The notes under the pieces were generated by a model that did not search any database, was not told the DNA's origin, and worked only from the letters and a program-made list of their open reading frames with translations. Shown one piece after another: positions 37,760 through 48,623 of a stretch of 64,000 nt of DNA. Position 1 is the stretch's first letter. The number at the start of each line of letters is the position of its first letter. The stretch is from Candidatus Nanopelagicales bacterium (GTDB lineage Bacteria > Actinomycetota > Actinomycetes > S36-B12 > UBA5976), in assembly GCA_030157865.1 (NCBI GenBank), contig JAOATY010000038.1, positions 52,393 to 116,392 of the forward strand, given 5' to 3'. Position numbers and translations under genes: made by a program.

Positions 37760-38887
37760 TTACGGCTTAGAAATTCGGGATTTAACTTGATCGTGTGGCA
37801 ACGCGTGTGAGGTGTTTCCATCACGACCGATCATGGTTGCGTTATTAACAAGTGCATTTAATACTGACTCTTCAACGCCTTGTACAACCGCTGTAAAGAA
37901 TGCATCCAAATAGTTCCACGGCACAAAGTCAAGAGATTTCAATTCGGCTTCATTTCGTTTTTGGGTAGGAAATCCACTCGACAGTTCGCCAGGTTGCGCA
38001 GTGGACATAGCCAAGAAAATGTCACCACTGAAATGCCCGCCAGCTGTTCCAGTTCTGGCTAACCCAAGTGGAACACGTCTGGCTAGTGCTCGGCACTGAT
38101 CTGGAAGCAATGGGGCGTTAGTTGCAACAACAACAATTACCGAACCAGCTCCGCCAGGAACGGTGCGAGATTTATCTTTTTCAATCCAACCTGGTTCGTC
38201 CATTGGATTTGGTACATCTAAGTCAGACATATCTATGCCTTGAATCCGAAGTTCGCGACGATCTCCGAAATTAGCTTGCACAAATACGCCTACGACATAT
38301 TCTTTTCCACCGAAGTTAACTGTCCGAGATGATGTGCCGTTCCCACCCTTAAACCCGTAACAGTTCATACCTGTTCCACCACCGTGTGAACCTTCGGCTA
38401 CTTGGCCACCAGTTGCAGAATCAATTGCCGTGATTGCGTCCTCAGTTGTTACATGCGAACCATTGATGTCGTTTAAGTATCCATCCCAAGTTTCGGCTAC
38501 GACTGGAAGTAGCCACTCCATTGCAGCTTCTGGAAAATTTTGTTTAACCCACTCGATTACCCCGCGATGCACACTTCCAACAGCGTGAGTGTTCGTGATC
38601 ATGACTGGACCAGAAAGGCCGCCAGTTTCATTTATCCAATGGGAGCCGGTCATCTCGCCATTGCCATTTAAGGAATAGATTCCAGCAGGAATCGCATCCT
38701 GAGTGCGTGACTTACCCACCGGCAAAATTGCAGTTACGCCAGTTCGCACTGGTCCAGAATCTGTGACCAAGTCACCATCGCCGGAAATCAAAGTAACCAT
38801 TCCGACTTCTAAGCCTGGAACATCTGTGATTGCGTTCAGCGCTCCAGGCGTACCTTCGAACTTGATACCTAAATCCCGCGCGCGCAT
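37760..38887 (-). CDS. P1/S58-family peptidase (DmpA-type L-aminopeptidase/D-esterase)
   Basis: 375 aa with MRARDLGI...GALNAITDVPGLEVG and ...GGNGTSS..., typical of the DmpA/BapA Ntn-hydrolases. Confidence 0.8.
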   Translation of the reverse strand: MRARDLGIKFEGTPGALNAITDVPGLEVGMVTLISGDGDLVTDSGPVRTGVTAILPVGKSRTQDAIPAGIYSLNGNGEMTGSHWINETGGLSGPVMITNTHAVGSVHRGVIEWVKQNFPEAAMEWLLPVVAETWDGYLNDINGSHVTTEDAITAIDSATGGQVAEGSHGGGTGMNCYGFKGGNGTSSRTVNFGGKEYVVGVFVQANFGDRRELRIQGIDMSDLDVPNPMDEPGWIEKDKSRTVPGGAGSVIVVVATNAPLLPDQCRALARRVPLGLARTGTAGGHFSGDIFLAMSTAQPGELSSGFPTQKRNEAELKSLDFVPWNYLDAFFTAVVQGVEESVLNALVNNATMIGRDGNTSHALPHDQVKSRISKP

Positions 38888-38896
38888 ATTGAATCC

Positions 38897-40528
38897 TTAA
38901 CTATTACTCACCTGAGACACAATTTGTTTAATCAAATCATTCTCGGCATTGCGGTCACCTGTCAGGCAAACGATGACTTTGATGCCAGGTATTTTTTGGA
39001 AACTCTCTAATGCGAATTTCAATTCTGTTTTAGTCGTAACCTGTTTGGCTGGAATACCTAAAGATTCAGCAATAACCCAAAGGTCTTTGCCATGCGGGGT
39101 ACCAAATACCTTTTCGTAGTGTTCTTGGTATTCACTCGCACCTTGCTCGAGTTGGCTGAAGATTCCACTTCCGTTGTTATCTAACACAACAACTGTCAGA
39201 TTTGGATGAGTTTGTCCTTCGCCAAGGTTTAGGCCACCTACGTCATGCAAGAAAGCAATATCGCCCATCAGTAAAACGGTTCGCTTACAAGTACCAATTG
39301 CAGTTCCAATTGCTGTGGAGATCAGCCCGTCAATTCCATTGGCGCCACGGTTGCCTAAAACCTGTAATCCATTTCGTTTCGAGGCATATGCTTCGAGATG
39401 TCGAACTGGCCATGAGGCTGCAACGAAAAGTTGATCTTCGTCGTTAGCTTGATCCCAGACACATTGCGCCGCACTTGGGCCAGTCAAGGTATCCACTGCC
39501 AAAGCTGCGCTAACAGCAGCTGTTGCTTTGGCATCAAGTTCTTGCCACTGACTTAACCATTCTGAATCCTTGTCAGCGTTAAGAACTGGCACAGATTCTA
39601 AAATCTTGCTGGCACTTGAAACCGGATCTGGTAAGTCTGGTCCCGAAGTTGAACTGTGTATGGCGTAATGCAATGGTGCATTCTTTAGTAATCCCAAGAT
39701 TGCCCGCGACAGACCCACCGTGCCAAACGTGACAACAACATCTACTTCTGGTGCAACACCAGCTTGTAGCAAAACCACACCATGTGAAATTGCATTAGTC
39801 AACATATGAGCATTCGCAGTTGGTTCCCAAATAATTGGCCACCCAATGGATTGTGAAAGCAGATCTATTTCAACAACAGCCTTTGCATCAGCGTTATCTC
39901 CGAGAACAAAAATTCCTCGAGCTGGAACTGTGATCTGCTTTTTGTCAACGATCGGTTCTGAATCGCTCTTCTTAATTGGTGTTGTTGGTTGCCAATTCAA
40001 ATCGTTAAGTTCAGGCATAAGTGGAAGTTCAAACTGCACATTAACTTGAACTGGTCCTGGGCGACCAGAGATTGAAGCTGCAATAACGTCGCTTGTCTCG
40101 GAAATATTTGTTGATTCAGCTTTCACATCAACTTGTGATTTAACAAAGGTTCCAAACATTCCGAATTGATTTATGGTTTGCGGTGCACTTTTCCCCCGCG
40201 CGGATTCTGGGCGGTCAGCACTCACGACAACAACCGGAACTGCGCTATGGAACGCCTCAACTATTGCAGGCATTAAATTGGCAACTGCGGAACCAGATGT
40301 GACAACTACTGGAACTGGTTTCTTGGTTACTTTGGCAATTCCTAGCGCAACGAATCCTGCATCACGTTCATCGATTCGAACCTGAATTTTTAGAAGTCCT
40401 GCTTTTTCAGCCTGAGCAAATGCCCAAGATAAAGGGGCATTACGTGAGCCTGGAGAGATCACTACATTTTCAACGCCAGAGTCTAGGCAACTTTGAACGA
40501 TGGCTCTTGCTACATCAGTAGCCGTCAT
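38897..40528 (-). CDS. menD: 2-succinyl-5-enolpyruvyl-6-hydroxy-3-cyclohexene-1-carboxylate (SEPHCHC) synthase
   Basis: 543-aa ThDP enzyme with GSRNAPL and MGDIAFLHDVGGLN...NNGSGIF. Confidence 0.92.
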   Translation of the reverse strand: MTATDVARAIVQSCLDSGVENVVISPGSRNAPLSWAFAQAEKAGLLKIQVRIDERDAGFVALGIAKVTKKPVPVVVTSGSAVANLMPAIVEAFHSAVPVVVVSADRPESARGKSAPQTINQFGMFGTFVKSQVDVKAESTNISETSDVIAASISGRPGPVQVNVQFELPLMPELNDLNWQPTTPIKKSDSEPIVDKKQITVPARGIFVLGDNADAKAVVEIDLLSQSIGWPIIWEPTANAHMLTNAISHGVVLLQAGVAPEVDVVVTFGTVGLSRAILGLLKNAPLHYAIHSSTSGPDLPDPVSSASKILESVPVLNADKDSEWLSQWQELDAKATAAVSAALAVDTLTGPSAAQCVWDQANDEDQLFVAASWPVRHLEAYASKRNGLQVLGNRGANGIDGLISTAIGTAIGTCKRTVLLMGDIAFLHDVGGLNLGEGQTHPNLTVVVLDNNGSGIFSQLEQGASEYQEHYEKVFGTPHGKDLWVIAESLGIPAKQVTTKTELKFALESFQKIPGIKVIVCLTGDRNAENDLIKQIVSQVSNS

Positions 40529-41577
40529 TGCTCAACCACCTCTCGCACGCTTGGCGAAACTAGGTCCTTAGCTCCGCTCTGCCATGCTCGCACAATGCGC
40601 TGTTGCCACCAAAGTCGATCGTCTTGGCTTACATTTGCTGCTGCAGTTGCAAGTAGATGAGCATCCGGTGTCGCTCGGCGCACCGGCAGTTCGCCATTGG
40701 TAGGCAAGGTCGTTGGGGTAACTAAGTCTTGGGCAAACAAAGTTCCAGTACCTAGTCCACATGCCCCGTAAAGTTCTGGGATGCAAGAGGCCAGTGCGAT
40801 TCCACTGGATAAACCAACAGATGTATCTAGAGAACCGCTTACTACAGCTGGCAAACCTATTTCAGTAACTAAATCAAGAGCGCGCTGCACTCCACCTAGC
40901 GGAATTGCCTTTACTACCAAAATATCCGCAGCTGCTCTAATTTCAGCAACATCTATATTCGACGACATTCGCAATGACTCATCCACTGCGATTTGAATTG
41001 GTTTGGCCCAGTTCTGCATCGCACTCTTTAGCTCAATCAACTCTGCAACAGTTGAGCAAGGTTGCTCTGCATAATCAAGGCCACCGGCAGCTTCGTCTAT
41101 CAACGGCAATGCATGAATCGCTTCGCTTAAGCTCCATTGTCCGTTTACATCGATACGGATTTTTCCATCGACGCCCAAACGATTTAAAGTCTCGCGCACA
41201 GCTTGGACTCGAAGTAAATCATTTGCCAAAGCGTTGTCGGTGGAATCAGAAACTTTTACCTTGAAAGTTGTCATGCCGTAATTAGTTACCGCAGCTTCAA
41301 CCGCCGAAATAGTTTGTTCAGCATCCTGCATTGGAATAATGGCGTTCACAGGAACAGTTGTTCTCAACTTTGTTGGGAAAGTTCCAAATGCTGATTCAAG
41401 TGCACCAGCAAGCCACTTCGCGCAAACTTCATCGTCATATTCAGGAAATGGCGCGAACTCTCCCCAACCAGATGGTCCACTAATCAAAACACCGGTTCGA
41501 ACTTCGGTACTGCGAAACTTTGCACTTAACTTCAATGCAAATGGAACTGACTGTTCCGCAATCTCCGCGATAGACAT
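40525..41577 (-). CDS. menC: o-Succinylbenzoate synthase
   Basis: 350-aa enolase-superfamily barrel (FKVKV..., IRIDVNG, VDES) lying between menD and menB. Confidence 0.85.
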   Translation of the reverse strand: MSIAEIAEQSVPFALKLSAKFRSTEVRTGVLISGPSGWGEFAPFPEYDDEVCAKWLAGALESAFGTFPTKLRTTVPVNAIIPMQDAEQTISAVEAAVTNYGMTTFKVKVSDSTDNALANDLLRVQAVRETLNRLGVDGKIRIDVNGQWSLSEAIHALPLIDEAAGGLDYAEQPCSTVAELIELKSAMQNWAKPIQIAVDESLRMSSNIDVAEIRAAADILVVKAIPLGGVQRALDLVTEIGLPAVVSGSLDTSVGLSSGIALASCIPELYGACGLGTGTLFAQDLVTPTTLPTNGELPVRRATPDAHLLATAAANVSQDDRLWWQQRIVRAWQSGAKDLVSPSVREVVEQ

Positions 41578-41595
41578 GTTTTACGTTACGAAAAA

Positions 41596-42528
41596 CTATG
41601 GACGTTTTGGAAATTGAGTAAAGTCAGGGCGACGCTTTTCTTTGTATGCGTTGCGTCCTTCTTGTGCTTCTTCGCTCATGTAGAAGAGCAATGTGGCATC
41701 GCCAGCAAGTTGTTGAATTCCAGCTAAGCCGTCATCAGCAGCATTGTGACTTGCCTTCAACATGCGAAGTGAGAGAGGAGATAGTCGAAGCATCTCGCGA
41801 CACCACTGCACAGTTTCAATTTCTAAATCCTGAATTGGCACTACTGAGTTCACTAAGCCCCAGTCATATGCTTGCTCGGCGCCATACTGACGACACAGGA
41901 ACCAAATCTCGCGTGCGCGCTTCTGACCAATGTGACGAGCGAGTAAACCTGAACCGTAGCCACCATCAAATGACCCAACAATTGGACCAGTCTGTCCGAA
42001 GCGAGCATTGTCTGCTGCAATCGAAAGATCGCAAACAACATGCAGTACGTGTCCACCACCGATTGAGTAACCAGCAATCATTGCCACAACAGGTTTCGGA
42101 ATTCTGCGAATTGCAATTTGTAGATCCAGAACGTTTAAACGTCCAACTCCGGCTTGCGCAACAGCGTCGTCGCCGATGTAACCGTCATCGCCACGAATCA
42201 TCTGATCGCCGCCGCTGCAGAAAGCCCAGTCACCCTGGCCAGTCAAAATAACGACACCCACACTTGGATCGTCACGGACTACATCAAAAGCGTGGATCAA
42301 TTCCTGAACGGTTTGTGGACGGAAAGCATTTCGCTTTTCAGGGCGATTGATGGTGATTTTGGCAATGCCAGAATCTTCACCAGTTGAGCGTTCCAAAATA
42401 ATGTCGGTGTAGTCGCCACTTCGTACCCATTCACACGCAGTTGTGATCGATGAGTAACTTGGGTCGGTTTTTGCAGGACTGTCGTCTGCAACCACTGGCG
42501 GAAGTACGTACTTTGTTCGGGTATCCAT
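41596..42528 (-). CDS. menB: 1,4-Dihydroxy-2-naphthoyl-CoA synthase
   Basis: Crotonase fold with [20 protein letters not shown] and [11 protein letters not shown]. Confidence 0.95.
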   Translation of the reverse strand: MDTRTKYVLPPVVADDSPAKTDPSYSSITTACEWVRSGDYTDIILERSTGEDSGIAKITINRPEKRNAFRPQTVQELIHAFDVVRDDPSVGVVILTGQGDWAFCSGGDQMIRGDDGYIGDDAVAQAGVGRLNVLDLQIAIRRIPKPVVAMIAGYSIGGGHVLHVVCDLSIAADNARFGQTGPIVGSFDGGYGSGLLARHIGQKRAREIWFLCRQYGAEQAYDWGLVNSVVPIQDLEIETVQWCREMLRLSPLSLRMLKASHNAADDGLAGIQQLAGDATLLFYMSEEAQEGRNAYKEKRRPDFTQFPKRP

Positions 42529-42581
42529 AACAAACCTTAGGAAAATCTTGAGGAATAGTTCTTCGCTCTAGGCTAGTCTCG

Positions 42582-43883
42582 ATGACCAATTCACACACAT
42601 CCAGAAAAAGCCAGAATCCGCGGGCGCTTACCGCGGTGACGGTTCCCCCTGGCATGGGCGGAGTGCTCAAACTTGCCTCAGTTATTGGTCCAGCTCTGGA
42701 CGGTTCAGGTCCAGCAATTGCTCCGATGGCCTCAGGTCCGGAATTTGTTGTTGCCCAGACTTTGGAAGCCCTTCGTCCAGATAATCCGGAATACCCACTG
42801 GAATCCAATGACATTGCAATTGTTTGCGCCACATCTGGATCGACTGGAACTCCCCGCGGTGTCCTACTTAGTCAACAAGCATTAGCAGCTTCAGCAACTG
42901 CTTTTGGAAATCGATTTGGCACCAACAATCGCTGGGTGATTTCGATGCCCGCACATCGAATTGCCGGAATTATGGTTTTAGTTCGATCTTGGTTTCACAA
43001 CAGTCCATTTGAAATCGATCCAAGTGTTGGCGGAGCCCGAACATTTGAAGCTGCCGCCTTTGCGGCAACAACAATGCGAGCTGTGCGCGAAAGCGATAAA
43101 GATGGCCGCGCACTTTTTGTGTCGTTAGTTCCCACCCAGATCGCTCGATTACTTGAATCTGGAAGCGTTGGTATTGAAGCGCTGCAGTCTTATGACGTGG
43201 TGTTGAGCGGTGCGGCAGCAACACCACAGCCGATGTTAACCAAGATGCGTGAACTTGGAATCAAGGTCTCCGTTTCTTATGGCATGACTGAAACGTGTGG
43301 TGGTTGTGTTTTCGATGGCCGTCCACTGGATGGCGTAAACATTTCATTGGGCACCCAAGATGATGTTGAACCAGGTCGAGTAACAATTTCTGGAACTGTT
43401 GCTGCAAGTGGCTACCGCCTTCGTCCAGATTTAGATGCAGTCAGTTTCATATCTGGCCAAGTGCAAACACACGATGTTGGAAAACTTGATTCCAGCGGCT
43501 TGCTACACATCTTGGGAAGATTGGATGACGTCGTAACAGTTGGCGGCGTAAATGTTGCGTTAAGCGCAGTCGAGTCATTAATTAGACATCATCCAGCAAT
43601 TGAAGATGTCGCAGTAATTGATTTGCAAGATGAGTTGTGGGGTTCAATCCCAATCGCGTACGTAGTTACTAGAAGTCATATTTCTGACACTTCAAGCTTG
43701 ACATCCGAAATTCAAACTGTGATTCGTGATCAAATAAGTAGAGCTGCAGTTCCTAGAACCGTGCAATTTGTAACTTCTCTACCCATGCTCGATTCTGGAA
43801 AAATCGATCGGATAAGTTTGCGAATGCAAGCTGCAAACGAAATGACACAAAAGAAGTTCCCGCACCCGGGAGCAAATCATTAA
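42582..43883 (+). CDS. menE: o-Succinylbenzoate-CoA ligase
   Basis: Short adenylate-forming enzyme with TSGSTGTPRGV, YGMTET and a C-terminal SGKIDR. It is divergent from menB. Confidence 0.88.
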   Translation: MTNSHTSRKSQNPRALTAVTVPPGMGGVLKLASVIGPALDGSGPAIAPMASGPEFVVAQTLEALRPDNPEYPLESNDIAIVCATSGSTGTPRGVLLSQQALAASATAFGNRFGTNNRWVISMPAHRIAGIMVLVRSWFHNSPFEIDPSVGGARTFEAAAFAATTMRAVRESDKDGRALFVSLVPTQIARLLESGSVGIEALQSYDVVLSGAAATPQPMLTKMRELGIKVSVSYGMTETCGGCVFDGRPLDGVNISLGTQDDVEPGRVTISGTVAASGYRLRPDLDAVSFISGQVQTHDVGKLDSSGLLHILGRLDDVVTVGGVNVALSAVESLIRHHPAIEDVAVIDLQDELWGSIPIAYVVTRSHISDTSSLTSEIQTVIRDQISRAAVPRTVQFVTSLPMLDSGKIDRISLRMQAANEMTQKKFPHPGANH

Positions 43884-43891
43884 GGATCTTC

Positions 43892-44785
43892 ATGGCTACC
43901 CGTACGCAATGGATTGATGGCGCACGAACTCGAACTTTGCCCGCGGCGGTAGCTCCAGTTTTGGTTGGAACTTCAATTGCAGAATTTGAAGGATCCTTTC
44001 GACCAGTAATTGCATTACTTGCGCTAGTTGTGAGCCTTTCCCTGCAAGTTGGCGTTAACTACGCAAATGATTACAGCGACGGCATTCGTGGCACGGATGA
44101 AAACCGAGTTGGGCCAGTTCGACTTGTAGGTCAAAAGCTTGCAACTCCAGAAGAAGTTAAGCGTGCTGCATTTATTGCATTCGGCATCAGCGCACTAGCT
44201 GGCTTAGGAATGGTTCTGATCAGCCAATACTGGCTACTTATTCCAATTGGGATTGCATCCATTGCTGCCGCTTGGTTTTATACCGGTGGCTCAAAGCCCT
44301 ATGGTTATGCCGGTTACGGAGAACTATTTGTATTCGTTTTCTTTGGCTTAGTAGCAGTCGCTGGAACGAGTGCGAGCCAGACCGGACAAGTAACAGTTTT
44401 AGCTCTACTTGGAGGCGTGGCATGTGGCGCGCTCTCGACAGCAATCTTGGTTGCCAATAACCTGCGCGATATTCCAACTGATGAAAAATCCGGAAAGCGC
44501 ACGCTGGCTGTTCGTTTGGGTGATTCGAAAACCCGTGAGCTTTATCGCGCCTGCATTATGGTTGCGTTCTTTATGCCACTAGCAATGAACTTTTCTGAAG
44601 CAGGACCAGAAAGTGCATTCATTGGATTGTTTGCGATCCTAAGTGCCCGCCGACCGTTGCAGGTAGTTCGTTCTGGAGCTACTGGACCGGACTTAATTCC
44701 GGTGCTCGTTGAAACTGCAAAAGTTTTATTGCTGTTTTCTGGAATGCTTTCTGTGGCAATCTGGCTTTCGCCAAACGGCTTATAA
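43892..44785 (+). CDS. menA: 1,4-Dihydroxy-2-naphthoate polyprenyltransferase
   Basis: UbiA family with NYANDYSDGIRG and NNLRDIPTDEKSGKRTLAV, and ~8 TM segments. Confidence 0.93.
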   Translation: MATRTQWIDGARTRTLPAAVAPVLVGTSIAEFEGSFRPVIALLALVVSLSLQVGVNYANDYSDGIRGTDENRVGPVRLVGQKLATPEEVKRAAFIAFGISALAGLGMVLISQYWLLIPIGIASIAAAWFYTGGSKPYGYAGYGELFVFVFFGLVAVAGTSASQTGQVTVLALLGGVACGALSTAILVANNLRDIPTDEKSGKRTLAVRLGDSKTRELYRACIMVAFFMPLAMNFSEAGPESAFIGLFAILSARRPLQVVRSGATGPDLIPVLVETAKVLLLFSGMLSVAIWLSPNGL

Positions 44786-44787
44786 AA

Positions 44788-45033
44788 CTATTCGTCGATA
44801 TCTTCTTTGCGAGTATTTTCTTCTAGTTTTTGATTCAAGCGTGAGAAATACCCAGAGATACGTCCGCCCAATTGTGAGCGTTGATTGTTTAGCAACACTA
44901 GGGACAAAAGCCCGGAACCCAAGAAGCTAAGAATGATTAAAAGTGGCCCGCGCAGGCCAAACAGATAACCGACACCCAAGGTGACTGCTAGTAATCCGAG
45001 ACGGGCCAGGGTGTAAGAAATGAATGGGTTCAC
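44788..45033 (-). CDS. Small membrane protein, DUF4229-like
   Basis: 81 aa with two TM helices (YTLARLGLLAVTLGVGYLF...) and an acidic tail. This is the usual actinobacterial neighbour of menA. Confidence 0.7.
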   Translation of the reverse strand: MNPFISYTLARLGLLAVTLGVGYLFGLRGPLLIILSFLGSGLLSLVLLNNQRSQLGGRISGYFSRLNQKLEENTRKEDIDE

Positions 45034-45087
45034 TTCATTAGTTTATGTCTGTTCGCGAACTTTCGAATTCTGACTTACGATCTAACT

Positions 45088-45345
45088 ATGCCTCGCTTTG
45101 TTTTAACGGTTTTAGTAATCGGTCTATCGGTCTATGCCCTTGCCGACTGCTTGCAAACACCAAATCCAAAAGCGCTCCCGAAATTGGTTTGGGTTGCAAT
45201 CATTGTCTTCATTCCGGTGATTGGTCCATTGCTATGGATTTTGTTTGGTCGCACAAATGGTCGCGGCTGGGGACGTGGCGATGACGACGTCTTTGCTCCG
45301 GATGATGACCCAAGTTTCTTGCGCGATCTTTCGCCGAAGCGCTAG
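45088..45345 (+). CDS. PLD nuclease N-terminal domain (PLDc_N) small membrane protein
   Basis: 85 aa with ...ALADCLQTP...LPKLVWVAIIVFIPVIGPLLWILFGR. Confidence 0.75.
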   Translation: MPRFVLTVLVIGLSVYALADCLQTPNPKALPKLVWVAIIVFIPVIGPLLWILFGRTNGRGWGRGDDDVFAPDDDPSFLRDLSPKR

Positions 45346-45352
45346 TTAACTT

Positions 45353-46357
45353 TTAGAGGCCTGAGTATGAATGCAGGCCTTGTACCCAAATGTTCACAAC
45401 AAAGTAGTTGAACAAAATCGTGGCGTATCCCGCAATTGCCACATACGCGGCTTTTTTGCCACGCCAACCTGCAGTTGCTCGAGCGTGCAAGTAAGCCGCG
45501 TAGATAACCCAAGTGATGAAAGCCCAAGTCTCTTTTGGATCCCAGCCCCAATAACGACCCCAAGCAGCTTCCGCCCAAATTGCGCCAGCGATAACTGCGA
45601 AGGTCCAGATTGGAAACATGAAAGCGTGAATTCGGTAGGACATTAAGTCCAGGCGGTCTGCTGACGGAATGCGCTGCGCAATCGCGGCGCTGCGACCTGG
45701 TTCCTTGCCTGCCGCAACTCGATCTTCGGCAGATTGCGCCACAAGATACAAACCAGAAAGTGCAGCACCAATTGTGAAGGCACCAAAGCACACAACTGCA
45801 GCCGATACGTGAATCGCTAACCAATAAGAGTTAAGCGCTGGAACTAGTTGTGAACTTTCGGCGTATAGAACAGTTAGGGCAAGACCCAGATCAAGCAGCA
45901 CAGGGACAGTGATAAACACACCGAGCCAACGCAAGTCGCGCGAGATCGACATCAAACAGTAAGTCAGCGACACTGCAAAACCAGCTGCGAGAGAGAACTC
46001 ATACATATTTCCCATTGGGACTCGGCCAGCCGAAAGACCGCGAAACAGAATTGCCATGCCAAGCAATAGCGTTCCAAGCCAGGTTAGAGACATACCGATA
46101 TTTCCAGCGCGGCGACCTTCGCCTAAGTCACCGTCATCGGATAACGAAGTAGAAACTGAAGGCTTATCTAAGGTTGCCGTTGATCCCATTCGGACTTGAT
46201 GCGAAGCGCTTGTGCGTTGGGCTGAAGTTTCGATGGTTTCAAGTCTGCGACCTTTAGCTAACGAAATGCTGAATGCAACCATGGCTCCTGTGAAGGCAGT
46301 CATTGATCCATAAACCATGGTGTTACTTGCTTGCGCCAATGTTTCATTAACAGTCAT
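45353..46357 (-). CDS. ccsA: Cytochrome c biogenesis protein CcsA (system II heme handling)
   Basis: W-rich heme motif WGRYWGWDPKETWAFITW, polytopic. Confidence 0.92.
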   Translation of the reverse strand: MTVNETLAQASNTMVYGSMTAFTGAMVAFSISLAKGRRLETIETSAQRTSASHQVRMGSTATLDKPSVSTSLSDDGDLGEGRRAGNIGMSLTWLGTLLLGMAILFRGLSAGRVPMGNMYEFSLAAGFAVSLTYCLMSISRDLRWLGVFITVPVLLDLGLALTVLYAESSQLVPALNSYWLAIHVSAAVVCFGAFTIGAALSGLYLVAQSAEDRVAAGKEPGRSAAIAQRIPSADRLDLMSYRIHAFMFPIWTFAVIAGAIWAEAAWGRYWGWDPKETWAFITWVIYAAYLHARATAGWRGKKAAYVAIAGYATILFNYFVVNIWVQGLHSYSGL

Positions 46358-47838
46358 TACTTTTCCTCCGGAGCATTTACCAGTTTGGCAAGCTGTGAAA
46401 TCTCATCTGCCAAACCAGGAGCTTCAGTTTTTGATAAACCAGCAACTTCAATCACATTACCCCGATCATCAGTTGCCGTCACGCGCAACCAGGCTCGGCG
46501 ACGTGGGATCAAAAGTGAAAGTGACAAACCGATAATCGATGCAATTGCCGCACCAAGGGCCCAGCCCTTGCCAGGATCTTTGGTGATGACGAAGGTAGCC
46601 CATTGGCGATAACCCGTAAATTCAACGGTTCCAGCCGAATTTGGAAGTGTCCAAGTTTCACCTGGCGCAAGTTCCTCAATTCCAATTCGCTTCATGTTTT
46701 CGGTTTCGAGGCGATAGACACTTTGTGGCATTCCAGAATCGAGACCTAAATCACCCTGCCAGGCACTCAGGTAAACCTCAGGATCATCGGGAGCTGGAAA
46801 CTTTGAAACTGGTCCATTTGAGAAATCCTCAGACACAGTTGGCAAGAAAAAGCCTTGGAGTCCCAGCTGGGGAACCGTGTCAGGAATCTTAACCACACCA
46901 CTTGAAGTGAATGCCGTGTCTTGTGGCAAGAACACTGAGGCGTCTTCCCAAACTACTTTTCCAGATGCGTCACGCACCGTGAACTCAGGCGCGTAACCAT
47001 GTCCAACCAGGTACACCGTGATTCCAGAGGTTCGAAGTGGGTAATTCACTTCTACTGTGACTGGTCTTGGCTCTGATTGTGGGTCATCTTTAACTAATAG
47101 GTCTGCGCGGAAACCTCGCGGCGCACCATTTTGCTGTCCCCCGCGCTGAAATGTCGCTTCAAATTCTTGAAGTTCAAATGAGAACGGTGGCAATTGGTCT
47201 GCCCCAAAAATTCGACCGGGTGCAAACGTGTCGTACTGCGTCACGTTGTTTGCAAATCCTGCATCTTCGCGAACAATTACAGTTCCGCGATATCCAACTG
47301 CGCCGCCGTATCCGACGGCTAATAATAAAACTAATAGCGATAGGTGAAAAAGAAGATTTCCAGTTTCTCGCGCATAACCTTTTTCTGCCGAAAGCCAGCC
47401 ATCACCTTGGCGGACTCGCCAACCGCGTTTCTTCCAAGCGACAGCAGTTTCAGAAATAATTTGTGACGAATCAGAATTACTTTGCCATTGCTGATGAACT
47501 GGAAGTCGACGTAAGTTTCTTGGAGCAACTGGTGGTTCACTGCGCAATTCTTTGTAATGATCTAGGGCGCGTGGCAATACGCACCCGGTTAGCGATATAA
47601 ACAACAATAGATAAATCGAGGCAAACCAAGGTGAAGCAAACACATCGAACATATACAGGCGATCCAAAATTGGACCGGTAGTTGGATTGTCTTTTAAGAA
47701 CTCATTAACCCGAAGTGGTGAAGTTCCTCGTTGCGGAAAAATTGAACCAGGAATACTTGCTAACGCGAGCAAAAACAGCAAGATCAAAGCAACGCGCATA
47801 CTGGTTAGCTGTCGCCATAACCACCGCATAGTTGCCAT
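46357..47838 (-). CDS. resB: Cytochrome c biogenesis protein ResB/CcsB
   Basis: 493 aa with N-terminal LTSMRVALILLFLLALASIPGSIFPQR and a large extracytoplasmic loop. It is adjacent to ccsA and ccdA. Confidence 0.9.
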   Translation of the reverse strand: MATMRWLWRQLTSMRVALILLFLLALASIPGSIFPQRGTSPLRVNEFLKDNPTTGPILDRLYMFDVFASPWFASIYLLLFISLTGCVLPRALDHYKELRSEPPVAPRNLRRLPVHQQWQSNSDSSQIISETAVAWKKRGWRVRQGDGWLSAEKGYARETGNLLFHLSLLVLLLAVGYGGAVGYRGTVIVREDAGFANNVTQYDTFAPGRIFGADQLPPFSFELQEFEATFQRGGQQNGAPRGFRADLLVKDDPQSEPRPVTVEVNYPLRTSGITVYLVGHGYAPEFTVRDASGKVVWEDASVFLPQDTAFTSSGVVKIPDTVPQLGLQGFFLPTVSEDFSNGPVSKFPAPDDPEVYLSAWQGDLGLDSGMPQSVYRLETENMKRIGIEELAPGETWTLPNSAGTVEFTGYRQWATFVITKDPGKGWALGAAIASIIGLSLSLLIPRRRAWLRVTATDDRGNVIEVAGLSKTEAPGLADEISQLAKLVNAPEEK

Positions 47839-47861
47839 TACTTATTCACCATTACTTTTCA

Positions 47862-48623
47862 TTAGATTGGAACGCCCCAATCAGCTGCCCAAACTCGCAA
47901 CCCAATTGTTAAGTCATTCCAGTATCCAGTTACAAGTAGTAACCCGATCACAATAAGCATGACGCCACCGAAATACATAATTCCCCGAGAATGCCTTCGC
48001 AAAACTTTCACTGTGCGAATACTTCGCTCGAAGAACAAAGCAATGAATACAAACGGAAGTCCGAGTCCAAGGCAATAGGCAGAACTCAAAATTGCGCCAC
48101 GAACAGCGCTTGCTTCGGAAAGTGCCATCCCTTGAACCGCAGCCAATGTCGGCCCAATGCAAGGTGTCCAACCGATTGCAAACAGTGCGCCAAGTAAGAA
48201 GGCGCCAAACAAAGTTCCAGTTGGGACTCGATGGATTCTGATGTCTCGCTGAATCGCCGGGATGGCACCTAGGAAACCTAGACCAAGGATGACAACAACT
48301 ACACCCATGATCATTTGAATGGTTCGCTGATACTCAAGGAGTAGTTGTCCAATGCCGCCAAATAGTGCGCCATAGGAAATGAACACGACCGAAAATCCAG
48401 AAACGAAAACTAGCGATCCCCAAACAGCTCGAGATCTGGATACTGAAGTCCGTTGTGCAGTGGCTCTGGCGCCAGCCACGCCTGTTATGTAGGAGAGGTA
48501 CCCAGGGACTAGCGGAAGCACGCATGGCGAAAGAAACGAAACTAATCCAGCAGCAAACGCCAATGGGATTGCAAGAAGTAGTGAACCTGATGTGATCGTT
48601 TGGACGATTTCAATCGCAGGCAT
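47862..48623 (-). CDS. ccdA: Cytochrome c-type biogenesis thiol:disulfide transporter CcdA
   Basis: 253 aa with LSPCVLPLVPGYL and GWTPCIGPTL. Confidence 0.92.
   Translation of the reverse strand: MPAIEIVQTITSGSLLLAIPLAFAAGLVSFLSPCVLPLVPGYLSYITGVAGARATAQRTSVSRSRAVWGSLVFVSGFSVVFISYGALFGGIGQLLLEYQRTIQMIMGVVVVILGLGFLGAIPAIQRDIRIHRVPTGTLFGAFLLGALFAIGWTPCIGPTLAAVQGMALSEASAVRGAILSSAYCLGLGLPFVFIALFFERSIRTVKVLRRHSRGIMYFGGVMLIVIGLLLVTGYWNDLTIGLRVWAADWGVPI

Noticed and set aside
45342-45824. 160-aa Cys/Arg/Ser-rich minus-strand ORF
   Set aside because: It is out of frame within ccsA, whose W-rich heme motif identifies the true frame. The composition is implausible for a real protein.
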